Positions 51,042-60,295 of a stretch of DNA of 64,000 bases are shown one piece after another. Source of the DNA: an uncultured Anaerolineales bacterium (GTDB lineage Bacteria > Chloroflexota > Anaerolineae > Anaerolineales > RBG-16-64-43); assembly GCA_964353865.1 (NCBI GenBank), contig CAYGXJ010000120.1, positions 10,112-74,111 on the forward strand. The letters are read 5' to 3'. The first letter of the stretch is position 1. Each line of letters begins with the position of its first letter. The notes below the pieces were generated by a model. The model saw only the letters and a list, made by a program, of their open reading frames with translations. It did not search any database and had not been told where the DNA came from. Made by a program: the position numbers and the translations under genes.

Positions 51042-51354
51042 GCAGCACCCTCACGAGGTGGGATGGAGGCCCGTACGATTGACTCGGTGAGTATACTACG
51101 CGGTCTGCCCCTCTCCTCTCGTGGCAGACGACCCTTAGAGCAAGATTCCAGTCAGCCGTTGCGCAAGGAGGATCTTCGCAATTGCCCACAGAGGGTAAAC
51201 TTGCCGCACACCCGATGGTGGCAAGGTCGCTGCCGATCTGCTCAACGGCAAACCCGAGCACCACCCGTCAGACCGAGGGGCCCGCTAGCACGGGCGCTTG
51301 CGGGCCGCACAGATTCGCGCAGGCAACAAATCCTAGAGCGGCCTCGGGCCGATC

Positions 51355-52206
51355 TCACTTGCTCGCCACCACATCATGCTGCGAGAGCAGGAGTCCCTTG
51401 CGCATCATCCATTCAGGCAGACGCCCATCAGAGCGTTGATTGAGTTTACGAATTGCGGTCCCGCCAGGTAGCACAACACCGAACACCTGGCGAGGCAACA
51501 CCGTCGCCCCATGCTCGATAATCTGCACCTCGCGCCATCCCTCGAAGAGCCGCCGTACCTGGTTTCGCGTATAGGCCCGCACCGGCCCGTTGCGCGACGA
51601 ATCTTGCAACAGATGTTCATAGAGCCAGCTCTGCATACCTTCGAGGTTTGCCACATTGGGGAAGCAGGAGGCCAGAACGATCCGGCCACCAGGACGCAAC
51701 ACCCTGTGAAGCTCGCCAAGGACTCGCCGCGTTTCGTCGCGCGGCAAGTGCAGGAGAACCGCCGTGCTGATCACGCAGTCAAATGAAGCGTCATGCATTG
51801 GCAGGGACCCCAACCCACCGCAGTACAACACAACCCGGTCCCCCACCTTATGATCACGGGCGAGTCGGAGGTATTCCCGTAGCATCACATAGGAGATGTC
51901 GACGCCGGCGAGCGCCAGGTTGGCACACCTTTCCAGGAGCGGGATGCTCACCCGTCCGTAGCCGCAGCCGGCATCGAGCGCCAGCTCAAACCGCGAGTCG
52001 ATGTAGGGGGCGATCCAGGTGGGATATTTGACGAAAGGTTCTGAGGAGGGCGAGCCAGCCGCCGCGGAGATGGGGTTGGCGCGGGCCATGCCCGACCACA
52101 TGTTCGAGGCCTGAGAGGCTTCGCCAGCCCGCAAGGCGAGAATCCCCTCTTCGTCCTCGCGCACACCCTCGAAGGTAGCCAGCAGCCTGGCTCGCGAATC
52201 ACCCAT
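51355..52206 (-). CDS. Class I SAM-dependent methyltransferase
   Basis: LDAGCGYG, GVDIS, FDCVISTAVLLHL and LRPGG. A TATACT lies at 52248-52253 upstream. Confidence 0.82.
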   Translation of the reverse strand: MGDSRARLLATFEGVREDEEGILALRAGEASQASNMWSGMARANPISAAAGSPSSEPFVKYPTWIAPYIDSRFELALDAGCGYGRVSIPLLERCANLALAGVDISYVMLREYLRLARDHKVGDRVVLYCGGLGSLPMHDASFDCVISTAVLLHLPRDETRRVLGELHRVLRPGGRIVLASCFPNVANLEGMQSWLYEHLLQDSSRNGPVRAYTRNQVRRLFEGWREVQIIEHGATVLPRQVFGVVLPGGTAIRKLNQRSDGRLPEWMMRKGLLLSQHDVVASK

Positions 52207-52309
52207 CCAGCCCTCTTATCGGAGGCCCCGCTTGCGCAACCGAGACGAGTATATGCGCGCTGTCGCCGTGCGGCAAGAGAGCACCTTCGACCGGCCGGGC
52301 GGCCTCTTC

Positions 52310-53293
52310 TCAATGGTCAATGCCTAGCGCGGGTCCGAGACGTTGCTCAAGGGCGAGGCGCGCCGCGGGGTCGGCCGATCGAAGCGCGAGACGGGACGGA
52401 TCAATGACGAAGGCATAGGCCTGTACCGCATGGGCGCCGTCGCTTCCCAGCGTGAGGCCCAATGCCACGACGCGGCGGGTATCGGGCGGCCCGGCCTGAT
52501 CGAAGAGCACATTGCCCAAGCTGTAAGCAACCAGGGTTGGGTACGGCAGCGCCCCGCCCTGCACCCATCCCACCGATTGGACGACATGCGGGTGATGACC
52601 CCAGATCACACTCGCGCCCGCGTCGGAAAGCACCCGCGCCAGTGCCTCCTGGCGACCATCCGGCACGCTGAGATACTCGCTGCCCCAATGGATCGAGACC
52701 ACGACCAGCCCGCCCTGCTCGCGCGCGCGGCTTACTGCACCTGCGGCGTCATCGACATCCAGCGGTCGAGAGACATCGTCAAACGCCAGGAAGGCCAGGG
52801 GCACGCCGCCCACCTGGCGCACCAACACCTCGCCGGCCGGACCGATGGCACCGATGCGCGCTTCCCGCAAGACGTCCAGGGTCTGCGCCAGGCCTGGCTG
52901 TCCGCCATCCAATATGTGATTGTTGGCTAGCGAGACGAGCGTGACCCCACTGCGGATCAGGGCGCGCACCGATTCAGGTGGCGCACGCAGATCGAATCCG
53001 GCCGGTGCCGCGCGCGGATGGGAGGTCAGCGGGGATTCGAGGTTGGCGGCGGTGAGGTCGGCCCGAGCGGTGAAGGGAACGAGCGCCTCGAGCGCGTACC
53101 CCCAGGTGTCGCCCTCGTATGCCCGGGCGACCCCTCGCCCAAGCATGATGTCGCCAAGCAATACAAGCCGGGCGCCTTTGGGGCGTGGGGCACACGCCGC
53201 GAGCATCCAGAGAGCTGCAGCCGCCAACAGAACGCGCAGCGCGTGATGCGCCCGGCTCGGCGCGCGGCCATGAGGCCTCTGCCGTGCGTTCAC
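52310..53293 (-). CDS. CapA-family (PGA_cap) metallophosphoesterase-fold lipoprotein
   Basis: GTG at 53293 overlaps the upstream stop. Lipobox LAAC, LGDIML, NLESP, LANNH, IHWGSEY, GHHPHVVQ and YSLGN. Confidence 0.88.
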   Translation of the reverse strand: MNARQRPHGRAPSRAHHALRVLLAAAALWMLAACAPRPKGARLVLLGDIMLGRGVARAYEGDTWGYALEALVPFTARADLTAANLESPLTSHPRAAPAGFDLRAPPESVRALIRSGVTLVSLANNHILDGGQPGLAQTLDVLREARIGAIGPAGEVLVRQVGGVPLAFLAFDDVSRPLDVDDAAGAVSRAREQGGLVVVSIHWGSEYLSVPDGRQEALARVLSDAGASVIWGHHPHVVQSVGWVQGGALPYPTLVAYSLGNVLFDQAGPPDTRRVVALGLTLGSDGAHAVQAYAFVIDPSRLALRSADPAARLALEQRLGPALGIDH

Positions 53294-55497
53294 GGAATCG
53301 AGAATGCCGACGTCCAGTCCGGCAGCGCAGGTGCCTGGCCGCTCTCTTCCTGGGCCTGCCAGGTTTCGTCGGTCATGCGGTCTTCCGGCGCTACGGTGAA
53401 TTCGTAGTAGGTGAAGACCGCACCCGCGGCGACGCGCCACGGCGTGTCGGGCACGACCACGTAAATCACAGCCGGTTGCCCGATGGCCTCCTCCAGCACC
53501 GCCAGCAGGCCGTCGCGGCCGATGCCGGTGGCAACATCCGCCACAAGGGCCGCCTTCTGATCGTGCAGGTCGCGTTGCGAAGGATCGTTTGGATCGCGGT
53601 CGGCGGCTGCCAGCGTCAACGCCTCGATCTCGCCGCCGAAGTAGCGCATGCGGGTGTAGTCGTCCTCCGATATGGGCGCGCCCGCCAGCTCCTTCTCAGC
53701 GGTCCCTTTCAGGAAGGTCAGCAGGTCCTCCAGATTCTCCAGATTGCTGCGCGTCAGGTCGGTCAGGAGTCGGCGCTGATCGAGGCCGGTGCGCGTCATC
53801 TGCGAGAGCGCGAGCAGCCGCGCATAGACCTCCGGGTTCGGCTCGACGTAGGAGCGCGGAGGATTCTCCGGGCCCATGCCGCCCATCTCCGCCATGACTT
53901 GCTTGGCGTAGAGAATCGTGTCGTGTTTGAGTTCGGTCCACGAGCCAAGCGCGGTGTTCAAGTCCTTGCGCAACCACGCCGCGCTACGCATGAAGGCCGG
54001 GTAGCGCGCATCCTTGGGCGTGAGCAACGGCTGGAAGGAATACAGCCACGCCCAGTACAGGTTTTGCGTCCACGAATCCTTGCCCAAGGCGGCGATTTCG
54101 GTCTGCACCTTCTGCATTTGCGACGGGAAGCTGGCATAGGCCGTCTCACCCTGTGCTTCGAGAATGGCCAGGGCTTCCGCCGATCCCATCGCGGCGAAGA
54201 AATCTAGCCCCTTCGGCAAGCCGCGCGGGTTGTCGCCGGTGCCCACATTGCGCCAGATGAGCTGGCCAAAAACGTAGGCATCCAGTGTGAAGCGCTGGCC
54301 CATGACGCGGAACCCGCTGGTGGCTTCCTGCTTGTCCTCCCAGATCCAGACCCACATCGAATTGACTTGCGGAGGGGGCAGCTTGGCCGCCGCCTCGCGG
54401 AACTGATCGAGCTTCGCGCCGTCGGCGAAGGCGGCCGGCGGCGCGCTTGCACCGAAGATCTCGTCCGACAGCGCGCCGTACTCCTGCACCGACAGGTCGT
54501 CGGCCTTGCCCACGATGAAGACGGTCGGCTCGTAGACCGAGCGCCACAAGCTCTCGGCACTGCCCGCCTCAGACGATGACGCGCCACGCAGTGCCTGCAC
54601 CACCAGCAGAGCCCGCTGAGTCTCGAAGGCGTCGCGCAAGCGGAAGGTTAGCCGCCCGTACCACATCATCGCGCGGAAGTAGCGCTCGAGTTCCTCGCTG
54701 CGCGTGTAGTGCCCGCGCGGCACGTACTGGCTGTAATCCTCGACCAGCTTTTTGTCGGGCTCCAGGTCGGCCCGGTCCCAGATGGGCGAGACCTGCGGCC
54801 CCTGGTGAGCCTGAATGAGCACCAGCTCGGAATCGACCAGGGACTTGACCTCGGCCGGGAAGGGATCCGTCAGCCCCAAGAGCTGCGCCGCCACGGCAAA
54901 GAACGCTACATTGCGCAGCGCCGGCTCGGCGAGGGCTGTGCCGGCCACGGCCGAGTGCTGATCGATCGATGCCGCCAGCATCGTCTGAGTGAAGGCGCCA
55001 ATGGCCGCGATGAACTTCTCGCGTTCGAGATCGCGCAGCATCTTGTCGAAAATCAAATGGTAGACGTGGAGGACCGCGTCGGTCGTGATGAACACCGGCT
55101 GGTCTTGCTCATAGCGCAGCGACTCGTAGACCTGGTAGAACTCCTGGTACGTTCCCGGCGCGGGCCGCATCACCACGAACCCGTATTCGCTCAGGCGTTG
55201 ACGCGCCTCCGCCGAGAGGTCGAAAGCACTCAGGTTATTCACCTGAGCCGTATCCACCGGCAATGAGTATCCGCCACCAAACTGCACCGGCAGGCTGACA
55301 TCTACTTCGGGATACTCTGCGAATGCCGGCGAGTAGACACCTGCGGGTCGGGTGACCTGGCCGGCGGGCGTTGCAGAGCCCGGGGTGAGCGGAGCGGCGG
55401 GCGTGCCGGTGACAAGGCCGAGCACATTGCAGGCGAGCCCCGCCAGCACCGGGACGACGATGACCGTCTGCCACGGACGAAGTGAGCGAGCGCGCAT
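53290..55497 (-). CDS. DUF3160-like lipoprotein
   Basis: ATG at 55497 after GAGGTG. Lipobox LAGLAC, FITTDAVLHVYH, DYSQYVPRGHYT, YFRAMMWYG, LGSWTELKHDTILYAKQ and YVEPNP. The family was recalled, not searched. Confidence 0.8.
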   Translation of the reverse strand: MRARSLRPWQTVIVVPVLAGLACNVLGLVTGTPAAPLTPGSATPAGQVTRPAGVYSPAFAEYPEVDVSLPVQFGGGYSLPVDTAQVNNLSAFDLSAEARQRLSEYGFVVMRPAPGTYQEFYQVYESLRYEQDQPVFITTDAVLHVYHLIFDKMLRDLEREKFIAAIGAFTQTMLAASIDQHSAVAGTALAEPALRNVAFFAVAAQLLGLTDPFPAEVKSLVDSELVLIQAHQGPQVSPIWDRADLEPDKKLVEDYSQYVPRGHYTRSEELERYFRAMMWYGRLTFRLRDAFETQRALLVVQALRGASSSEAGSAESLWRSVYEPTVFIVGKADDLSVQEYGALSDEIFGASAPPAAFADGAKLDQFREAAAKLPPPQVNSMWVWIWEDKQEATSGFRVMGQRFTLDAYVFGQLIWRNVGTGDNPRGLPKGLDFFAAMGSAEALAILEAQGETAYASFPSQMQKVQTEIAALGKDSWTQNLYWAWLYSFQPLLTPKDARYPAFMRSAAWLRKDLNTALGSWTELKHDTILYAKQVMAEMGGMGPENPPRSYVEPNPEVYARLLALSQMTRTGLDQRRLLTDLTRSNLENLEDLLTFLKGTAEKELAGAPISEDDYTRMRYFGGEIEALTLAAADRDPNDPSQRDLHDQKAALVADVATGIGRDGLLAVLEEAIGQPAVIYVVVPDTPWRVAAGAVFTYYEFTVAPEDRMTDETWQAQEESGQAPALPDWTSAFSIP

Positions 55498-55499
55498 GT

Positions 55500-56258
55500 T
55501 CACCTCCTTGATCCCTGAACGAGAACCAGCGGATACCCATTGGCCGAGCGCACAATCTGGAATCGGGAGAAACGTCCGCTCCAACGGGCATCCAAGTTGA
55601 ACCCGAATCCATTCCATCGCCAGAGCGTGAGATTGCCTGCGTGGGTGGAGCGCCTGGCACCGTAGCGCCCCTCCAGCGCCATGAGTTCTTCGATCCCGTC
55701 GCCGTCGATATCCGTCGCGGCGAGGTGGAACAGTGGGTCGACCAAGGCCGAGCCCGCCCACACTTCGCGCCAGCCGCCGTCCCTCCAGCCAATCAGGATG
55801 AGATGGCAGCTCGCGCCGGCCTCATCCTGGAAGCCGCGCAGGCGACCGCCATGGGGCACATAGCGGTCGATCGGCCAGGGCGCAAACGGTCGCCACACGA
55901 GCAGCGCGAGGTCGGGTTTGCCGTCGTGGTTCAGGTCTGTCACCAGCCCCTCGGCCACATTCCACGCCGCGGGGCTTTGCCAAACGATGCGATCGCCTGA
56001 AGTGACCCGGGCCAGACCGCCCGTGAGAGACAGCCTATCGAGAGAACCATCGCCATTGAAATCAGCGGCCGTTGGCTGGGGCAGCGGGGCGGCGGAAGCG
56101 AGAGCGTGACCCCACGCGAAGCTTTCGCCGCGCATCTCCAACGCGGAGAGGTTGGCCGGGGAGAGAAGGCTGACGGCGAGCAGGCATAGGAGCCCGGCCG
56201 GCACACGCCCGGCGCGAGGCGGAGATTGGGGCGCCCTGGGAGTAGTCGGGGCTGGCAT
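55500..56258 (-). CDS. Secreted protein with FG-GAP/VCBS-like D-x-D-G-D-G motifs
   Basis: Signal-like hydrophobic segment; DFNGDGSLD, DLNHDGKPDL and DIDGDGIEEL. TATAAT at 56274-56279. Stop is 2 nt before the next ATG. Confidence 0.72.
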   Translation of the reverse strand: MPAPTTPRAPQSPPRAGRVPAGLLCLLAVSLLSPANLSALEMRGESFAWGHALASAAPLPQPTAADFNGDGSLDRLSLTGGLARVTSGDRIVWQSPAAWNVAEGLVTDLNHDGKPDLALLVWRPFAPWPIDRYVPHGGRLRGFQDEAGASCHLILIGWRDGGWREVWAGSALVDPLFHLAATDIDGDGIEELMALEGRYGARRSTHAGNLTLWRWNGFGFNLDARWSGRFSRFQIVRSANGYPLVLVQGSRR

Positions 56259-56614
56259 TTGAGCGTTAAGGCGATTATACGTCCGGCGAGCAAGCGGGTT
56301 TCGCACGAGCGCACAGCACCGGCGTGCGCTCGCGTCGCCGGGTGATTTCACCCTCCAGCATGACGGATAGCCGAATCCGCCTGGTCGAGGCCGGTTGACT
56401 GCCCGAAGCGGCGAATGATGGGTGTCTTTCTAAGGAGAGGTCGGGCCGCGCGGGCGTTTTGCCACAGTTGCGGTGGGCGGCGTGCAACCCTGAGGAGACA
56501 CACATTTTAGGTCGCGCGTGCGCATGCTGCCCGCACGCGGTTATTCGTATGGCGTGTTGTGCCCCCTTCCAGATCGGCTCTCGATTGGAACTGACAAGTT
56601 GAGGTGGGGCGGGG

Positions 56615-57604
56615 CTACTGCGGGCACAGGGCCAGTTGCTCTTCTTCGATGACCATTACTGGAACGCCGCCCAGGTTCTCGATCGTGCCCTCGATCATCA
56701 CGCAATCCCCGGGGTTCACTCCGCCGAATTCATAGTTCCAATCGTAGCCCATGATGAAGAAAGCCGTGGGCTCGCTGGTGAACTTGATGTAGTAGTTGCC
56801 GCGCCGGCCGTAGCCCACCCGCACCCTGCCCCTCACGCACAGCGACCGGCCAATCTCTGCCTCGCCGATGGTGAGCGCATCGCGGCATCCCAGCTGCATG
56901 GTGGCCACCGCCTGGGCCGTGGGCCAAACACCCGTGGGCAGCGGCTGCATGAGGGACCAGCCTTCATAGGGCCAGTTGATGAAGTTGGCGATTGCATCAC
57001 CGCCGCCGGTCACCGGGATCAACCCCACCGCCAGCGCAAAATCCGCCGCGAGCAGCAGGCCAGCCAGCCCGGGGAAGAGGACCCGCGCCGCAGGCGCCAG
57101 GGCTACTCGATTGGCCGCCTTCGCCGCAACGAACCACGAGGCCACTGGCACCAGGGACAGCAGGACCAGGCCCAGGATGCTGAAGGCGGAGGGCCGCTTG
57201 GGGGCGGCGCGCGCTTCAGCTGCCCGCCGGGCGATCATCACTTTGAATAGCAGATAGAGCAGCAGCGTCACTCCGGCGACAAGCCAATGTCCGGGGAAGG
57301 GGTTGAGGGTGTAGAGGAAGAGCAGCGGAAGGGACAGATCCAGGAGCAGCAATGCCCCGAAGACGAGCAAGACCGCACCATGTGGTGCGCTATTCGCGCG
57401 CTGCGGCGCCGGCCGCGAAAGGTCGTGCTGGCACAATGGGCAGTAGAGCGAATCCGCCTTGATCGTGCCGCCGCAGGTCGGGCAGACGGAGGTCTTGACC
57501 TCTTCCTCGACCGGCTCAGGTTCAAACAGATCGCGAAAGGCCTCGATTGCCCGTCGGTTTTGCGAGGGATGACTCAAGATGGCCTCGAAAAGACAATGTC
57601 CCAC
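56615..57604 (-). CDS. Hypothetical membrane protein with zinc ribbon and C-terminal OB-fold-like domain (start uncertain)
   Basis: CPTC-x10-CPLC, about four TM segments, and a C-terminal beta-rich domain (LCVRGRV...YYIKF...DCVMIEGTI). Confidence 0.6.
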   Translation of the reverse strand: MGHCLFEAILSHPSQNRRAIEAFRDLFEPEPVEEEVKTSVCPTCGGTIKADSLYCPLCQHDLSRPAPQRANSAPHGAVLLVFGALLLLDLSLPLLFLYTLNPFPGHWLVAGVTLLLYLLFKVMIARRAAEARAAPKRPSAFSILGLVLLSLVPVASWFVAAKAANRVALAPAARVLFPGLAGLLLAADFALAVGLIPVTGGGDAIANFINWPYEGWSLMQPLPTGVWPTAQAVATMQLGCRDALTIGEAEIGRSLCVRGRVRVGYGRRGNYYIKFTSEPTAFFIMGYDWNYEFGGVNPGDCVMIEGTIENLGGVPVMVIEEEQLALCPQ

Positions 57605-57980
57605 GTGCCCGGGACGATACCTTCATTGTACACGTCCCGCCGCCGGCGGCAACTGGCGGTTCCCTTGCCGCCCAAACGAGTGATGGTCTTCACGCCGGAC
57701 CTGAGGGGGGCAGGCCAGGCAGAAGACCATCGTTGGGCATATTACAGCGCGACTCCCTGCAAGTCAAGCACTCGAAAGACCACTTTCGGCAGGCCCTGTA
57801 ACGGGTTGATAATGACGAATGTCCCGTGCGTACCCGGCTTGTGCGTGACGGTGCAATTTTCTTGCCGACATGCCGCAAGCGCGATTCTCGAGAGGGTGGT
57901 CTGCCCAGCCGTCCGCGGGCCGGAAAGTCTCCCGCCGGCCGTAGACCCCGCTCGTGAACGTGTATGAAAGGAAGGCATAA

Positions 57981-58862
57981 TTGAGGATCGGACTCGTGTT
58001 CCCTCAGACCGAATACGGGAACGATCCGGCCGCCGTGCGCGATTACGCACAGATGGCCGAGGCGCTTGGTTTCTCCCACCTGCTGGCCTACGATCACGTC
58101 CTGGGCGCCAACCCAGACAGGCCGGGTGGCTTTTCCGGCCCCTACACCTATCGCACCCCTTTCCTCGAACCGTTCGTCCTGTTCGCCTACATGGCGGCTC
58201 TCACTCGGAGCCTCGAGTTTTGCACGGCCATCCTGATTCTGCCCCAGCGCCAAACGGCGCTGGTGGCCAAACAGGCAGCGACCCTCGACCGCTTGTGCCA
58301 AGGACGGCTTCGGCTGGGCGTGGGGCTGGGCTGGAATCCGGTTGAATATCACGCGCTGGGGAAGGACTTTCACACGCGCGGTCGCCGGTTCGAAGAGCAG
58401 GTAGAGTTGTTGCGCCGCCTGTGGAGCGAGCCGCTCGTGACGTTCGATGGACGATGGGAGCGGGTGGACGGTGCTGGACTCAATCCCCTTCCCGTTCAGC
58501 AGCCGATCCCGCTTTGGTTCGGAGGCAGCGCCCAGGCGGTGATCAACCGGACGGCCCGCCTGGCTGACGGATGGATTGCCCCGGGCCGCGAGCCGGCGAA
58601 CGCAAGACCTCTCATTGACATGCTGCACAAGGCGCTTGAGGCCTCGGGCCGCGCAAGGAGCGCCTTGGGCATCGAAGCGCGGATGCAATACGCCGAGCCC
58701 GATCCTTCACGCTGGAAATCAACCATCGACGCCTGGCACAATCTGGGGGCCACTCACCTCTCGCTCAACACGATGGGCTGCGGGCTGGAAAAGCCCAGCG
58801 ACCATCTGGCCGCGCTGCGCCACTTCGCTGAGGCGCTCGGGCTGAGCACGGCAGGTGGTTGA
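57981..58862 (+). CDS. LLM-class (luciferase-like), probably F420-dependent, oxidoreductase
   Basis: TTG after AAGGAAGG. AEALGFSHLLAYDHV, LEPFV, AKQAATLD, GRLRLGVGLGW and PIPLWFGG. The cofactor assignment is inferred from family resemblance. Confidence 0.85.
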   Translation: MRIGLVFPQTEYGNDPAAVRDYAQMAEALGFSHLLAYDHVLGANPDRPGGFSGPYTYRTPFLEPFVLFAYMAALTRSLEFCTAILILPQRQTALVAKQAATLDRLCQGRLRLGVGLGWNPVEYHALGKDFHTRGRRFEEQVELLRRLWSEPLVTFDGRWERVDGAGLNPLPVQQPIPLWFGGSAQAVINRTARLADGWIAPGREPANARPLIDMLHKALEASGRARSALGIEARMQYAEPDPSRWKSTIDAWHNLGATHLSLNTMGCGLEKPSDHLAALRHFAEALGLSTAGG

Positions 58863-58891
58863 CCACCGCCTGACAGCCGGGTGAATTAGCC

Positions 58892-60295
58892 CTAAATCGG
58901 AGCAAGCAGAACCGCGGATCGAGGCGGAAGAGCAAACTCGGCAACCGGCTCACTCAGGGGGAAGATCCTACCGCTCATTTCGTCGAGGCATGCGCGAGAT
59001 GAGAGCCATCCAATATCCGAACGCGCCAGGTGCAGCGTGCGTTGGGCGTCGCCAAGATTGACCAGTAGGACCAGGGCTTCCTCGCCCAGCTCGCGCACCA
59101 GCGCCAGGCACGACTCGGCCAGCTCCACAGTCAGCACGCGCAAGCTCCCCTCACGCAGCGCGCGATGCTTCTTGCGCAGCGCAATCAGCCGCTGCACGTG
59201 GCGCCGCAAATCACCATCCCAGCGCGCCGTATCCCACGGGAAGGCACGCCGATTGTCGGGATCCTTATCCCCCTCGAGCCCAATCTCATCGCCGTAATAC
59301 AGGCCCGGTGCACCGGGGTAGAAGAACTGCAGGGTGAAGGCCAACAGTTCGAGCGGACGATCGCCGCGCAATACCGTGCGTAGGCGCGGCACATCATGCG
59401 TGCCAAGCGTGACGTAATGCGCCAGGTTGGCTTGGCCAGGGTAGGCGGCCAGGATCTCCATCAGCCGCGCCCCGAAAGCGGCCACGCCTCCCGTCTTCCT
59501 AGCGAGCAGGTTGAGGCAGGCTTCGCGAAACGGATAGTGGATCAGCCCGTCAAAGACCGCCGGTCCGACCCACTGCGCGGCGACCTCCCAGATTTCCCCG
59601 ACCAGGTACGCATCGGGATTGGCACGCTTCACCCGTTCGCGGAATTCCCCCCAGAAAGTCATATCATCGATCTCGTTGGGCACATCCAGGCGCCACCCGT
59701 CGATGCCCTGCTCGATCCAGTACGCCGCCACGTCGAGCAAGTAACTGCGGGTGGCCGGGTTGCGCACATTGAATTTGGGCAGGCTCTTGAAGCGCCACCA
59801 CGCCTGATAATTGTGAGCTTCGCCCGGGCCGTAGGCATCCAGCGGGAAGCGCTGGATGTGGAACCATTCGCGGTAGGGTGAGTCGGCCTCGTGCTCGAGC
59901 ACGTCACTGAAGGCGAAGAACCCGCGCCCACAATGGTTGAACACGCCATCCAGAATAAGCCGCATACCGCGCCCGTGGGCCCCTTCCAGCAATTGACGGA
60001 AGTCGCCCGCCGAACCCAGCTTCGGGTCGAAACGGTAGTAATCGGTTGTGTTGTAGCGATGGTTCGAGGGTGAAAGAAAGACCGGATTCAAATATAGCGC
60101 GTTGATACCCAGATCGGTCAGGTAGTCCAAATGCGCGAGCACGCCGGCGAAATCGCCGCCCTGGAACCCGCGCAGCGTGGGTGCCGCCCCCCAGGGTTGC
60201 ACGTTCGGAGGATCGAGGGCCGGATTGCCATTGGCGAACCGGTCGGGGAAGATCTGATAAAAGACCGCCTCGCTGATCCAGGAAGGGGAGGTCAT
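58892..60295 (-). CDS. GH13 alpha-amylase family (neopullulanase/cyclomaltodextrinase-like) without N-terminal domain
   Basis: FYQIFPDRF, YLNPVF, DGVFNH (region I), GWRLDVP (II), GEIW (III) and LGTHD (IV). ATGA overlap with the upstream gene. Confidence 0.92.
   Translation of the reverse strand: MTSPSWISEAVFYQIFPDRFANGNPALDPPNVQPWGAAPTLRGFQGGDFAGVLAHLDYLTDLGINALYLNPVFLSPSNHRYNTTDYYRFDPKLGSAGDFRQLLEGAHGRGMRLILDGVFNHCGRGFFAFSDVLEHEADSPYREWFHIQRFPLDAYGPGEAHNYQAWWRFKSLPKFNVRNPATRSYLLDVAAYWIEQGIDGWRLDVPNEIDDMTFWGEFRERVKRANPDAYLVGEIWEVAAQWVGPAVFDGLIHYPFREACLNLLARKTGGVAAFGARLMEILAAYPGQANLAHYVTLGTHDVPRLRTVLRGDRPLELLAFTLQFFYPGAPGLYYGDEIGLEGDKDPDNRRAFPWDTARWDGDLRRHVQRLIALRKKHRALREGSLRVLTVELAESCLALVRELGEEALVLLVNLGDAQRTLHLARSDIGWLSSRACLDEMSGRIFPLSEPVAEFALPPRSAVLLAPI

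Noticed and set aside
52310-53293. Poly-gamma-glutamate capsule locus
   Set aside because: Only a CapA-family gene is present; capB and capC are not seen.
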